Assembly (NCBI GenBank): GCA_025351485.1
Contig: JANXVU010000073.1
Span: forward strand, 9,216-73,215
Direction of reading: 5' to 3'
DNA: 64,000 nt
Source: Candidatus Eiseniibacteriota bacterium
GTDB taxonomy: Bacteria; Eisenbacteria; RBG-16-71-46; JACRLI01
Below the pieces are notes generated by a model, which saw only the letters and a list, made by a program, of their open reading frames with translations, did not search any database and had not been told where the DNA came from. The position numbers and the translations under genes are program-made. Shown here piece after piece: positions 47,716 through 60,081 of this stretch. Every line of letters begins with the position of its first letter. Within the stretch, counting starts at the first letter, position 1.

Positions 47716-49272
47716 TCAGAGCGGGATGTTCCCGTGCTTCTTGGCCGGGAGCGTCTGGCGCTTGTTTTCCAGGCTCTCCAGCGCGCGGATCAACCGCGGG
47801 CGCGTCTCCTTGGGCTCGATCACGTCGTCCAGGTAGCCCAGTTCGGCGGCGATCCACGGGCTGGCGAACTTCTCGTTGTATTCCTCGATCAGCTTCGCGC
47901 GCTCGGCCACCGGGTCGGCGGCGTTCTTCAGCCGGTCGCGATACAGGATGTTCACCGCGCCGTCCGCGCCCATCACCGCCATCTCGGCGCTGGGCCAGGC
48001 CACGTTGTAGTCGCCCCGGATGTGCTTGCTGCTCATGACGTCGTAGGCGCCGCCGTAGGCCTTGCGCGTGACCACGGTCAGCTTGGGTACGGTGGCCTCG
48101 CAGTAGGCGAACAACAGCTTGGCGCCGTGCTTGATGATCCCGCCGTACTCCTGGCGCGTCCCGGGCAGGAAGCCCGGCACGTCCTCGAAGGTGATGATCG
48201 GAACGTTGAAGCAGTCGCAGGTGCGGACGAACCGCGCGCCCTTGAGCGAAGAGTCGATATCCAGGACCCCCGCCAGCGCGCTGGGCTGGTTGCCCACGAT
48301 CCCGACGGAGCGCCCGTCCATGCGCGCGTAGCCCACGATCAGGTTGGGCGCGTAGTGCGCGTGCACTTCGAAGAAGTCGCCGTCGTCCACGATGCGCTTC
48401 ACCACTTCCCGCATGTCGTAGGGCTTGTTGGCGGAGTCGGGGATGAGGGTGTTCAGCGACTCGTCCATGCGATCGCGGTCGTCGGAGGTGGCCATGCGCG
48501 GCGCGTCCTCCATGTTGTTCTGCGGCAGGAACGACAGCAGCCGCTTCACGTGCTCGATGGCGTCCTGGTCGTCCTCGGCCGCGAAGTGGGCCACGCCGCT
48601 GCGCGAGTTGTGGGTCATCGCCCCGCCCAGCTCCTCGAAGGTCACGATCTCGTTGGTCACTGTCTTGATCACGTCCGGGCCGGTCACGAACATGTGGCTG
48701 GTGTTCTTGACCATGATGGTGAAGTCGGTGATGGCCGGCGAATACACCGCTCCTCCGGCGCAGGGGCCCAGCACCGCGGAGATCTGCGGCACCACGCCCG
48801 AGGCCAGCGTGTTGCGCAGGAACACTTCCGCGTAGGCGCCCAGAGAGATCACGCCCTCCTGGATGCGCGCCCCGCCGGAGTCGTTCAGCCCCACCACCGG
48901 CGCTCCGTTTTCCATGGCCAGGTCCATGATGCGGCAGATCTTGAGCCCGTTGGCCTCGCTCATGGTGCCGCCGAACACGGTGAAGTCCTGCGCGAACACG
49001 TACACCTGGCGGCCGTTCACCCGCCCCACGCCGGCCACCACGCCGTCGCCGGTGATGCGCTTCTTGTCCATGCCGAAGTCGTCGCAGCGGTGGGTGACGT
49101 AGGTGCCGATTTCCTGGAAGGAGCCCTGGTCCAACAGCAGTTCCACCCGCTCGCGGGCCGTGAGGCGGCCCTGGGCGTGCTGCTTGGCGATGCGCTCCTC
49201 GCCGCCTCCCATGAGCGCCTCGGCGTGGCGGCGGCGGAGTTCGTTCAATTTGTCCTGGTTGGTTCGACTCAA
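47716..49272 (-). CDS. acyl-CoA carboxylase carboxyltransferase subunit (propionyl-CoA carboxylase beta / methylmalonyl-CoA carboxyltransferase family)
   Basis: 518 aa, colinear with PccB/AccD5 (..GGARIQEG..., ..PGFLPG...). High confidence on family, not on substrate. Confidence 0.9.
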   Translation of the reverse strand: MSRTNQDKLNELRRRHAEALMGGGEERIAKQHAQGRLTARERVELLLDQGSFQEIGTYVTHRCDDFGMDKKRITGDGVVAGVGRVNGRQVYVFAQDFTVFGGTMSEANGLKICRIMDLAMENGAPVVGLNDSGGARIQEGVISLGAYAEVFLRNTLASGVVPQISAVLGPCAGGAVYSPAITDFTIMVKNTSHMFVTGPDVIKTVTNEIVTFEELGGAMTHNSRSGVAHFAAEDDQDAIEHVKRLLSFLPQNNMEDAPRMATSDDRDRMDESLNTLIPDSANKPYDMREVVKRIVDDGDFFEVHAHYAPNLIVGYARMDGRSVGIVGNQPSALAGVLDIDSSLKGARFVRTCDCFNVPIITFEDVPGFLPGTRQEYGGIIKHGAKLLFAYCEATVPKLTVVTRKAYGGAYDVMSSKHIRGDYNVAWPSAEMAVMGADGAVNILYRDRLKNAADPVAERAKLIEEYNEKFASPWIAAELGYLDDVIEPKETRPRLIRALESLENKRQTLPAKKHGNIPL

Positions 49273-49324
49273 GGGATACTCCTGGTGAAAGTGGCCGCGG
49301 CGTGAGCAGGCCGGCGGCGGCGAG

Positions 49325-49900
49325 TCAATGCGATGCTCCCCCGGGCGCGCGGGCGAGAAGCGCCTTCAGGCGCCCCACCCGCATCAGCAGGTCCCAGGCC
49401 GCCCCGGTGGCGGTGATCAAGAGCATGAACATGGACCAGAAAACGAAGCCGATCGCCATTTCGTTGTTCCCGCGGATGAGCGACCAACCGGCGTAGACCA
49501 GCGAGGCGTTGCCCAGGAACGGGGGGATGAACCGGCGGAACAGCACCTTGCGGGTGAAGATCGCGTCGGTCTTGCCCACCAGGTGCCGGGAGTTCAGGAC
49601 CATCATCCCGATCCGGACCGCGCCCAGCATGATGAAGGCCGTCGACAGCGGCCGCATCGGCATGAGCGGCACCAGCATGAACATGGAAATGACCATCACC
49701 CACATGAAGCCATAGAACGATTCCAGGGCCATGGCGTGGATGTGCTTGTTGTCCTCGTGCACCACCGTGTCCAGGTGCAGGGACAAGGAAATGAACAGGA
49801 CCCCCATCAGCGTAGCCGCGGCGGTGCCCGAGAGCACGAACAGGTCGTGGCAGTGCTCCAGGTACTGCTGAAAGTTCGAGCCGGGAAAGGCGGATTCCAT
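49325..49900 (-). CDS. Met-rich integral membrane protein (hypothetical), upstream of the carboxyltransferase
   Basis: ATG 49900 with GGAG RBS. 191 aa with 4-5 TM helices and [13 protein letters not shown]. The remaining 5' 270 codons of the 49325..50722 ORF are the antisense of the creatininase gene. Confidence 0.4.
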   Translation of the reverse strand: MESAFPGSNFQQYLEHCHDLFVLSGTAAATLMGVLFISLSLHLDTVVHEDNKHIHAMALESFYGFMWVMVISMFMLVPLMPMRPLSTAFIMLGAVRIGMMVLNSRHLVGKTDAIFTRKVLFRRFIPPFLGNASLVYAGWSLIRGNNEMAIGFVFWSMFMLLITATGAAWDLLMRVGRLKALLARAPGGASH

Positions 49901-49954
49901 GGAAACTCCGTCAGGATGGAGGTAATCGAACGCCGGAAGTGATATTCTGGTCCG

Positions 49955-50719
49955 ATGATGGAACGCCGACTGACGCACGTCAACTGGATGGATATCCGCG
50001 ATCGCATGCAGGCCGGGGAGCGCCGGCTGATGCTGCAGGCGGGATCGCTGGAGGCGCACGGATCCATTCCGCAGGGCACCGATATATTCATCCCAGGGTA
50101 CTTGTGCGGGCGTCTGGCCGAACCACTGGCCAGCTGGATCGCCCCGTGCATTCCCTACGGTGTCACTCGTTCGCTGGCCGCGTACCCGGGAACCGTGCAC
50201 ATCGAGCCGGCCGCGTTCAGCGCCTACCTGGCCGACGTTCTGCGCTCCTTCGCGCGCCAGGGCTTCACGGAAATCCTGATCCTGAACGGCCACGGCGGGC
50301 ACACGGCTCAGCTTCGGGAAACCGCGGGAGCGGTGCACGTGGAGACCGGCGCACGAATCGCCGCCGTGGACTGGTGGACCGAGTGCTACGACCTGTGCTT
50401 GAAGCATCTCGGGGTTCCTGGCGGTCACGCCGGCGCGGACGAGGCGGCCATGGTGCGCGCCGCCGAGCCCGGACTGGTCACGCCGGCCCGCGACAAGGAT
50501 GTGAAGGGTTGGGTCGGCCGCGCGTCCACCGCCGCGTTTCCGGTGCCGGGCAGCCTGATCTCCACCACCCCCGAGGGGCTCACGGTGATCCACGACGAGG
50601 CGGCCTGCCGGGCCTACGTGGAGGCATCGGTCCAGCGCCTGGAGCAGGTGCTGCAGAGCGTGCTTGAAGGATGGAGCGTCTTTGGGGAAACGCTTCCCGT
50701 GGGGCCGGTGCGAATTTAA
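49955..50719 (+). CDS. creatininase-family amidohydrolase
   Basis: 254 aa. ..EAHGSIPQGTD.., ..ILNGHGGH.. and the other metal-binding motifs of the creatinine amidohydrolase family. Confidence 0.8.
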   Translation: MMERRLTHVNWMDIRDRMQAGERRLMLQAGSLEAHGSIPQGTDIFIPGYLCGRLAEPLASWIAPCIPYGVTRSLAAYPGTVHIEPAAFSAYLADVLRSFARQGFTEILILNGHGGHTAQLRETAGAVHVETGARIAAVDWWTECYDLCLKHLGVPGGHAGADEAAMVRAAEPGLVTPARDKDVKGWVGRASTAAFPVPGSLISTTPEGLTVIHDEAACRAYVEASVQRLEQVLQSVLEGWSVFGETLPVGPVRI

Positions 50720-50832
50720 CAATTATTTATCCAATTGCCCGCCCACATTGATCCTCGTTTGTATTACCCATTGCCTCTGCAGTCTCAGCGTCGTGGAACC
50801 GCAAATCCATACACCGACCCGTGGAGGAGATT

Positions 50833-52512
50833 ATGCGCAGGCGTTCCCTCGTCGTCATCCTTGCAGCTCTCCTGTTGCTCCCGAACCTTGCAAAGGCCGG
50901 TGCGTTCGACAACTCCCTGTGGCTGGGCACCGACAACACTTCGAATCGGTCGGTGCTCAATACCGACCGCGCGGGAAACGAACTTCGCCAGGTGAGCCTG
51001 ACCGAGGCCTCCGGGATCGCCATCGATCCCAGGGCAAACCGCGTCTAATTCGGAACATCCGGGTTGCAGATCACCGAGCGGGACCTGGGCGCGCCGGCAA
51101 CGGTGCTTAGCACTATCAGCGCCCCGGGGAGTTTCGGGGAAGACATGGCTTTTGACGGAACCTTTATCTGGCGCGCCGACGTCAGCGCCGGGAAGGTTCA
51201 AAAAATCAATCCTGCGGACGGATCGGTGGTCTCGGATTTCGCTCCCGGATTCTCCCCGCTCGGCGTTGCCTGGGATGGGGCGCATCTGTGGGTGAGCGAG
51301 TACGTCGCCGACGGCGTGGTCAAGCAGTTCGACACGGCTGGAAACCCGACCGGCAACCAGTTCGTCTCCCCGCTGGCGGGGAAGCTGGCCGGTGGTCTGG
51401 CCTATGACCTCACGGATGGAACCCTGTGGATCGGGACGACGGCGGAGGTGGTCCACTGCACTGCCACCGGCGTTCGGCTGGGCTCTTTCAGCGTGCCCAC
51501 GCCCGATGGGCGTTTTGTGGACGGGCTGGAGTTTCAGGGCGTACCCCAGAAGTTCGACAACTCCCTGTGGCTGGGCACCGACAACACTTTCGCCCGGCCG
51601 GTGTTGGACGTGGACCGGGCCGGACATGAATTGCGCCGAGTCAACTCGACGGAAGCCACCGGCATCGCCATTGATCCCGCCAGCAACAGGATCTTTTTCG
51701 GAACCTCCGGGCTGACTGTCACCAGCCGGGACCTGGTCGATCCCGGAACGGTCGTGGCGACCCTCAACCCGGCGGGGTCGTTCGGGGAAGACATGGCCTT
51801 CGACGGTACATACCTGTGGCGCGCGGACGTGGGCGGCGGCGGAAACCTCCAGAAGATCAACCCCGCGGATGGATCCGTCCTGTTCCAGTTCAATCCGGGA
51901 TTCGCGCCGCTGGGCGTGGCCTGGGACGGATCCCACCTGTGGGTGAGCCAGTTCACCGTGGATGGACTGGTCAAGCAGTTCGACACCGCGGGAAACCCGA
52001 CCGGTCCGCAGTTCACCGCGCCGACGGGGGGCAAGGATGCCGGTGGGCTGGCCTGGGATCCCACCGACGGAACACTGTGGATCGGAACTTTCGGGGAAGT
52101 GATTCACTGCGCAACCGACGGAACCAGGCTGGGTTCGTTCGCCGTGCCCGAGGATGACGGGCGGTTCGTGGACGGCCTGGAGTTCCAGAGCGGGACTTCC
52201 CTGGTTGGCGTTCCGGGCGGCCCGAGAGGATCGAAAGACCTGATGGCGCTTACCGTGGATCCCAATCCGTTCCGGAATTCCGTTCGGGTTTCTGTGCAGT
52301 TGGCCCGCTCGGCAGCCCTGGCACTGGAGGTGTTCAACGTGAAGGGAAACCGGATCGCCATTCTCGCGAACGGTCAGGCCGCAGCGGGAAGCCGAGTGTA
52401 TCGCTGGGACGCCCGCGATGCACGCGGCAGGCGCCAGCCGGCGGGGGTCTACTGGGTCAAGGCCACCGTGGATGGCCGCCAACTGACCCGCTCGGTGACT
52501 TTCGTCCGCTAA
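50833..52512 (+). pseudogene. secreted beta-propeller-like repeat protein with T9SS C-terminal domain, interrupted by an in-frame TAA (51046-51048)
   Basis: ATG 50833 after GGAGGAG. Signal peptide MRRRSLVVILAALLLLPNLAKA. The N-part ..FDNSLWLGTDNTSNRSVLNTDRAGNELRQVSLTEASGIAIDPRANRV* continues in-frame as FGTSGLQITERDL.., mirroring the internal repeat ..FDNSLWLGTDNTFARPVLDVDRAGHELRRV..IAIDPASNRIFFGTSGLTVTSRDL.. The C-terminus is a Por-tail. Confidence 0.5.
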
Positions 52513-52563
52513 CCCGGCGTGGGTTGCATACCCGGGGGCGCATGGCGAGGTACCCCCAAAAAC

Positions 52564-54431
<1,868 letters not shown>

Positions 54432-54435
<4 letters not shown>

Positions 54436-55742
54436 ACCGGGAAACTCTGTTACTGCGCGGGGGCCGGGTGCTCGACCCCTGGACGGGCACGGACTCGGTC
54501 CAGGACGTGCGCGTGGAAGATGGCCGGATTTCCGCGCTGGGAAACGCGCTGAAGCCCGAGGGCGCCCGCGAAATCGATGCCCGCGGGCTGTGGGTGCTCC
54601 CGGGCTGCTTCGACATGCACATCCATCTGCGCCAGCCCGGGCGGAGCGACGAAGAGACCGTGGAAACCGGCCTGCTGGGCGCGGCCCGCGGCGGCTTCAC
54701 CGACGTGGCCTGCATGCCCAACACCGATCCCGCGCTGGACCATCCTTTCTTGTTGATCGCGCTGCTGGAGCAGGCGAAGCGTTCCGGCAGGGCCCGGCTC
54801 CACCCGATCGCGGCCGCCACCAAGGGGCGCAAGGGGGAGAGCCCGGCCGACTACGCCTCGCTCTTCGCCGCGGGAGCGGTGGCGGTGAGCGACGACGGCG
54901 ATCCGGTGCGGGACGCCGCGGTGGCACGACGCTGCCTGGAACTGCTGCGCTCCCACGACCGGGTGCTGATCGAGCACGCGGAAGACCCGGCGCTGAGCGG
55001 GCGCGGCGTGATGCACGAAGGACTGGTTTCGCTGGAGCTCGGCCGACCGGGAATTCCCGCGGCCTCCGAGGACCTGTGCGTGGAGCGCGACATCGTGCTG
55101 GCCCGCCTCACCGGGGCGCGGGTCCACATCGCGCACATTTCCAGCAAGGGCGTGGTGGCCGCTCTGCGCCGCGCGCGCGCCGAGGGGCTGGCCCTGACCG
55201 GGGAAACCGCGCCGCATTACTTCTGGTTCACCGACGAGGACACCCGCCGTCCTGACGGAATCTTCCGCGTGAACCCGCCGCTCCGCAGCCTCGATCACCA
55301 GGAAGCGCTGCTGGAAGGGATCCAGGACGGCACCATCACCGTGCTGGCCACCGACCACGCCCCCCACTCGCCCGAGGAAAAGGCGCAGCCCTTCGGCCAG
55401 GCGCCACCGGGATTCCTGGGGTTGGAGACGGCCCTGGCGGCAAGCCACGCGGCGCTGGTGGTGCCGGGACATATCCAGCCGCTCCACTGGGCCTCGCTGT
55501 GGACGCGCGGGCCGCGGGAAGCGCTGGGCCTGGCCCCGAATCGGATCGCCGAGGGCCAGCCGGCCGACCTTACGGTGTTCGACCCGAAGGTGAAGTGGCG
55601 CGTGGAGGCCGCCCGGTTCGCCTCCAAGTCGCGCAACACCCCCTTCGATGGTATGGAATTGACCGGACGTCCCGTCCTGACGATCCTGGCCGGCCAGTTG
55701 ACCTTTGATGCCACCCGCACGGAAGAGAGCGCGCTGCCATGA
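54432..55742 (+). CDS. pyrC: dihydroorotase (PyrC, multimeric/class I type)
   Basis: ATG overlaps the pyrB stop as ATGA. ..LPGCFDMHIHLRQPG.. metal-binding HxH and ..ATDHAPH.. motifs. Confidence 0.85.
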
Positions 55743-56854
55743 ACCTGGAATCCCGGAACCCCGCGCGCCTGGCGCTGGAGGACGGCACGGTCTACGAAGG
55801 CTGGCAGTACGGAGCCCGCGGCACGCGGTGCGGCGAGACCGTGTTCAACACCTCCATGAGCGGCTACACGGAGATCCTCACCGACCCTTCCTACAAGGGC
55901 CAGTTCGTCACTTTCAGCTACCCGCAGATCGGCAACTACGGAGTGAGCGACCTGGATTTTGAATCCAGCTCGTTCCAGGCCGAGGGCGTGGTCGTGCGCG
56001 AAGGCACCCACTCCGCCGGCCAGGCTCCGGATCTTGAACCGATGCTGGTGGAGAGCGGCGTGGTGGGGATCCAGGGCATCGACACCCGCTCCCTGGTGCG
56101 CCGGCTGCGCGATCGGGGCGTGCTGAAGGGCTGCATCGACTCCACCGGCATCGCCGCTTCGGAGCTGGTGGCGCGCGCGCGTGCCCATGCTTCGATCACC
56201 GGAGGAAATTTCGTGGAGCAGGTCTCCACCAGCGCCCCGTACGACTTTGACCTGGAGGGCCCTCAGGAGGGTCCCCGGGTGGCGGTGATGGACTACGGCG
56301 TCAAGCGCAGCATCCTGCGCTGCCTCGCGCGGGGCGGAGCGCGCGTCCGGGTGTTTCCCGCCAAGACCAGCCGCGCGGACCTTCTGGCGTGGGACCCGCA
56401 GGGGGTGGTGCTGTCCAACGGCCCCGGAGACCCGGTGGATGTGCCCTACGCCGTGGAGCTCGCGAAGAGCCTGGTCGGGGAACTGCCGGTGCTGGGCATA
56501 TGCCTCGGGCACCAGATCCTGGGCCAGGCCGCGGGCATGAAGACGTTCAAGCTCTCGTTCGGGCACCACGCGGCCAACCATCCCGTGGCGGACGTGCGCA
56601 CCGGGGCGGTGTGGATCACTTCGCAGAATCACAACTACTGCGTCCAGTGGGACGAGGCGGCCTCGAAGGACTGGGAGATCACCCTGCGGAACCTCAACGA
56701 CAAGACCATGGAAGGCTTCCGCCACCGGACGCTTCCGGTGACCGCGATCCAGTTCCACCCGGAAGCCGGGCCCGGCCCGCACGACGCGTTCAGCATCTTT
56801 CCGGACTTCCTGGCCCAGGTGCGCGCGGGCCGCACGGGAGCGGCCGCCCGATGA
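55739..56854 (+). CDS. carA: carbamoyl-phosphate synthase small (glutaminase) subunit CarA
   Basis: ATGA overlap with pyrC. GATase-1 catalytic ..[10 protein letters not shown].. and HPE triad. Confidence 0.9.
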   Translation: MNLESRNPARLALEDGTVYEGWQYGARGTRCGETVFNTSMSGYTEILTDPSYKGQFVTFSYPQIGNYGVSDLDFESSSFQAEGVVVREGTHSAGQAPDLEPMLVESGVVGIQGIDTRSLVRRLRDRGVLKGCIDSTGIAASELVARARAHASITGGNFVEQVSTSAPYDFDLEGPQEGPRVAVMDYGVKRSILRCLARGGARVRVFPAKTSRADLLAWDPQGVVLSNGPGDPVDVPYAVELAKSLVGELPVLGICLGHQILGQAAGMKTFKLSFGHHAANHPVADVRTGAVWITSQNHNYCVQWDEAASKDWEITLRNLNDKTMEGFRHRTLPVTAIQFHPEAGPGPHDAFSIFPDFLAQVRAGRTGAAAR

Positions 56855-59800
56855 CCATGCCCGGCTTTCCCCACCGCACGGATCTCAAGACCATCATGAT
56901 CCTGGGCTCCGGCCCGGTGGTGATCGGCCAGGCGTGCGAGTTCGACTACTCGGGCACCCAGGCCTGCCGCGCGCTGCGCGCCCTGGGCTACCGCGTGATC
57001 CTGATCAACTCGAACCCGGCCACCATCATGACCGACCGGGACGTGGCCGACCGCACCTACCTGGAGCCGGTCACCATGGAAGTGGCCGCGCGGATCATCG
57101 CGCTGGAGCGGCCCGATGCGCTGTTGCCCACCATGGGCGGCCAGACCGCGCTCAACGTGGCGATGGAGCTGGCAGAGCAGGGCACGCTGGACTATTACGG
57201 GGTGGAGCTGATCGGGGCCAAGCCCGAGGTGATCCATCGCGCCGAGAGCCGCGAGGCGTTCCGCGACTGCATGCAGAAGGCCGGCATGCTGCTGCCGCGC
57301 AGCAAGGCGGTCCGGGAAATCGAGGCCGGCGTGACGTTCTCGCGCGAGGTCGGCCTGCCGGTGATCGTGCGCGGCTCGTTCGCCCTGGGCGGCAGCGGCA
57401 GCGGCGTGGCCCGCACCGAGGACGAGCTGCGCTATCGCCTGGAGCAGTGCCTGATGGCCAGCGCCTCCCACGAGGCCCTGGTGGAAGAGTCGCTGCTGGG
57501 ATTCATGGAGTTCGAGCTCGAGCTCATGCGTGACCGGGCGGACAACGCGGTGGTGGTGTGCTCCATCGAGAATGTGGATCCCATGGGAATCCACACCGGC
57601 GACAGCGTGACCGTGGCCCCGCAGCAAACCCTCTCGGACCGCGAGTACCAGGCCATGCGCGACGACTCGCTCAAGATCCTGCGCGCGGTGGGCGTAGAAA
57701 CCGGCGGGTGCAACATCCAGTTCGCGGTGGACCCGGCGAGCCGCAAGCGCTACGTGATCGAGATGAACCCGCGCGTCTCCCGCAGCTCCGCGCTGGCTTC
57801 CAAGGCCACCGGATTTCCCATCGCCAAGATCGCCGCGTGGCTCGCGGTGGGCGCCACCCTGGACCAGATCCCCAACGACATCACGCGCAAGACCCCGGCC
57901 GCGTTCGAGCCGGCGCTGGACTACGTGGCGGTGAAGATCCCGCGCTGGGCGTTCGAGAAGTTCCCCAAGGCCGAGCCCATCCTGGGCACCCAGATGAAAT
58001 CGGTGGGCGAGGTGATGGGCCTGGGGCGCTCCTTCAAGGAGGCGTTCCTGAAGGCGCTGCGCTCGCTGGAAGCCCCCACGTTCGGCTGGACCGGCCCGTA
58101 CGGTCCGGGGCCGCTGTCGCGCGAGGACCTGGAAGTGGCCCGCCCGGGGCGCTGGCTGGCCATCCGGCAGGCGATCATGGAAGGCCGCCCGCTCGCCGAC
58201 CTGAACCAGTGGACCGGCGTTCACCCGTGGTTCCTTTCGCAGATGGACGAGCTCCTCTCGTTGGAGCGCCAGGTGCGGGCCGCGGGGCGCTCCTTCCTGC
58301 GCAGCACGCCGCTCCTGACCGAGTGCAAGCGCTCGGGCTTCGGGGACCGGGACCTTTCCATGATGTCCGGGGTATCGGAGGCGGAGGTGCGCGCGGTGCG
58401 GGAGGCCGTGGGCCTCAAGCCGGTGATGAAGGCGCTGGACACCTGCGCCGCCGAGTTCGAGGCGGAGACGCCGTACTTCTACTCGACCTTCGGGGAAGAG
58501 GACGAGTCGCGCGCGCCGGCGAGGCCGTCGGTGGTGGTGCTCGGAAGCGGACCCAACCGCATCGGGCAGGGGCTGGAGTTCGACTACTGCCGCGTGCAGG
58601 CCTGCCTCGAGCTGCGCGAGATGAACTACGACGTGGTCATGATCAACTCCAACCCGGAGACGGTCAGCACCGACTACGACATCTCGGACCGGCTGTACTT
58701 CGAGCCGCTGACCCTGGAGAACGTGCTGGCGGTGGTGGAGCGCGAGAAGCCGCTCGGGGTGATCGTGCAGCTGGGCGGCCAGACGCCGCTGGGGCTCGCG
58801 CGTGGGCTGCACGATCTGGGGGTGAAGCTGCTCGGCACCGGCTGGGATGCCATCGACCGCGCCGAGAACCGCGAGCGCTTCGCCGAACTGGTGCGCGAGC
58901 TCGGCCTGCGCCAGCCCATCCACGCCACGGCGTGGAACGAGGACGACGCCTTTGCCCAGGCCGAGCAGATGGGCTATCCCATCCTGGCGCGCCCGTCCTA
59001 CGTGCTGGGCGGCCGGGGGATGAAGATCCTGTACGGGCCCGACCAGCTCTCGACGCTCATGACCGACATCGGGGTTTCCCGCGAGGAACCGCTGCTGCTG
59101 GACCGCTTCCTGGAGGACGCGATCGAACTCGAGGTGGACGCGGTGTGCGACGGGAAGCGCGTGTGGATGGGCGCGATCATGGAGCACCTGGAGGCGGCGG
59201 GGATCCACTCGGGCGATTCCGCGTGCGTGATCCCGACCTTCTCGGTGGGCACGGAAACGCTGGACAAGATCAAGGACCTTACCGAGCGGCTGGCGCGCGC
59301 GCTTCCGGTGGTGGGGCTGATGAACCTGCAGTTCGCCCTCAAGGGAGACCTGCTCTACGTGCTGGAAGTGAACCCGCGCGGATCGCGAACCGTGCCCTTC
59401 GTGAGCAAGGCGGCCGGGTGGCCGCTGGCCCGCGTGGCGACCCGCGTGATGATGGGAGAGCCGCTGCCCACGGACGAAGCCCCATCCCACGGCGAACCCG
59501 CCCACGTGGCGCTCAAGCATCCGGCGCTGCCCTTCGACCGTTTCCCCGGCGAGGACACTCTGCTGGGGCCCGAAATGAAATCCACGGGCGAAGTGGTCGG
59601 GATCTCCGAGGACATGGGCATGGCCTACGCCAAGGCGCGCCTGGCGCTGGGAGAGAGGCTGCCGCTCAAGGGCCGCGCGTTCATCTCGGTGAGCGATCCC
59701 GACAAGCGGGCCATCGTGTTCATGGCCAAGCAACTCAAGCATCTCGGCTTCGAGCTCCTGGCCACCGAGGGGACCGCGAAATTCCTGAAGCGCAACGGCA

Positions 59801-60081
59801 TTCCGGCCCGGCCCGTGCACAAGGTGCACGAGGGCCACCCGCACGCGGGGGACCTGATCGCCCGCGGGGAGGTGGATATGGTCATCAACACCCCGCTCGG
59901 CCGAATTTCGCACGTCGACGAGGCCACCATCCGGCGCGCGGCCCTGGCGCACCACGTCCCGTGCCTGACCACCCTGCCGGCGGCCGCCGCCGCCCTGCAC
60001 GCCATCGAAGCGCTCCAGCGCGGGGCGTTCCCGGTATACGCTCTCCAGGATCTGCATCCGGCGCCCGGAGAGGGTTCGTGA
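56851..60081 (+). CDS. carB: carbamoyl-phosphate synthase large subunit CarB
   Basis: ATG 56851 in ATGA overlap with carA. 1076 aa with two ATP-grasp halves and an MGS-like C-terminal domain. The 5' 154 codons of the 56389 ORF are a frame extension. Confidence 0.95.
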   Translation: MTMPGFPHRTDLKTIMILGSGPVVIGQACEFDYSGTQACRALRALGYRVILINSNPATIMTDRDVADRTYLEPVTMEVAARIIALERPDALLPTMGGQTALNVAMELAEQGTLDYYGVELIGAKPEVIHRAESREAFRDCMQKAGMLLPRSKAVREIEAGVTFSREVGLPVIVRGSFALGGSGSGVARTEDELRYRLEQCLMASASHEALVEESLLGFMEFELELMRDRADNAVVVCSIENVDPMGIHTGDSVTVAPQQTLSDREYQAMRDDSLKILRAVGVETGGCNIQFAVDPASRKRYVIEMNPRVSRSSALASKATGFPIAKIAAWLAVGATLDQIPNDITRKTPAAFEPALDYVAVKIPRWAFEKFPKAEPILGTQMKSVGEVMGLGRSFKEAFLKALRSLEAPTFGWTGPYGPGPLSREDLEVARPGRWLAIRQAIMEGRPLADLNQWTGVHPWFLSQMDELLSLERQVRAAGRSFLRSTPLLTECKRSGFGDRDLSMMSGVSEAEVRAVREAVGLKPVMKALDTCAAEFEAETPYFYSTFGEEDESRAPARPSVVVLGSGPNRIGQGLEFDYCRVQACLELREMNYDVVMINSNPETVSTDYDISDRLYFEPLTLENVLAVVEREKPLGVIVQLGGQTPLGLARGLHDLGVKLLGTGWDAIDRAENRERFAELVRELGLRQPIHATAWNEDDAFAQAEQMGYPILARPSYVLGGRGMKILYGPDQLSTLMTDIGVSREEPLLLDRFLEDAIELEVDAVCDGKRVWMGAIMEHLEAAGIHSGDSACVIPTFSVGTETLDKIKDLTERLARALPVVGLMNLQFALKGDLLYVLEVNPRGSRTVPFVSKAAGWPLARVATRVMMGEPLPTDEAPSHGEPAHVALKHPALPFDRFPGEDTLLGPEMKSTGEVVGISEDMGMAYAKARLALGERLPLKGRAFISVSDPDKRAIVFMAKQLKHLGFELLATEGTAKFLKRNGIPARPVHKVHEGHPHAGDLIARGEVDMVINTPLGRISHVDEATIRRAALAHHVPCLTTLPAAAAALHAIEALQRGAFPVYALQDLHPAPGEGS

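Noticed and set aside
47671-49305. 544-aa plus-strand ORF
   Set aside because: Antisense of the carboxyltransferase gene.
50785-52482. 565-aa minus-strand ORF
   Set aside because: Antisense of the beta-propeller repeat gene, which has a repeat structure, signal peptide and Por-tail on the plus strand.
56635-60057. 1140-aa minus-strand ORF
   Set aside because: Antisense of carB.
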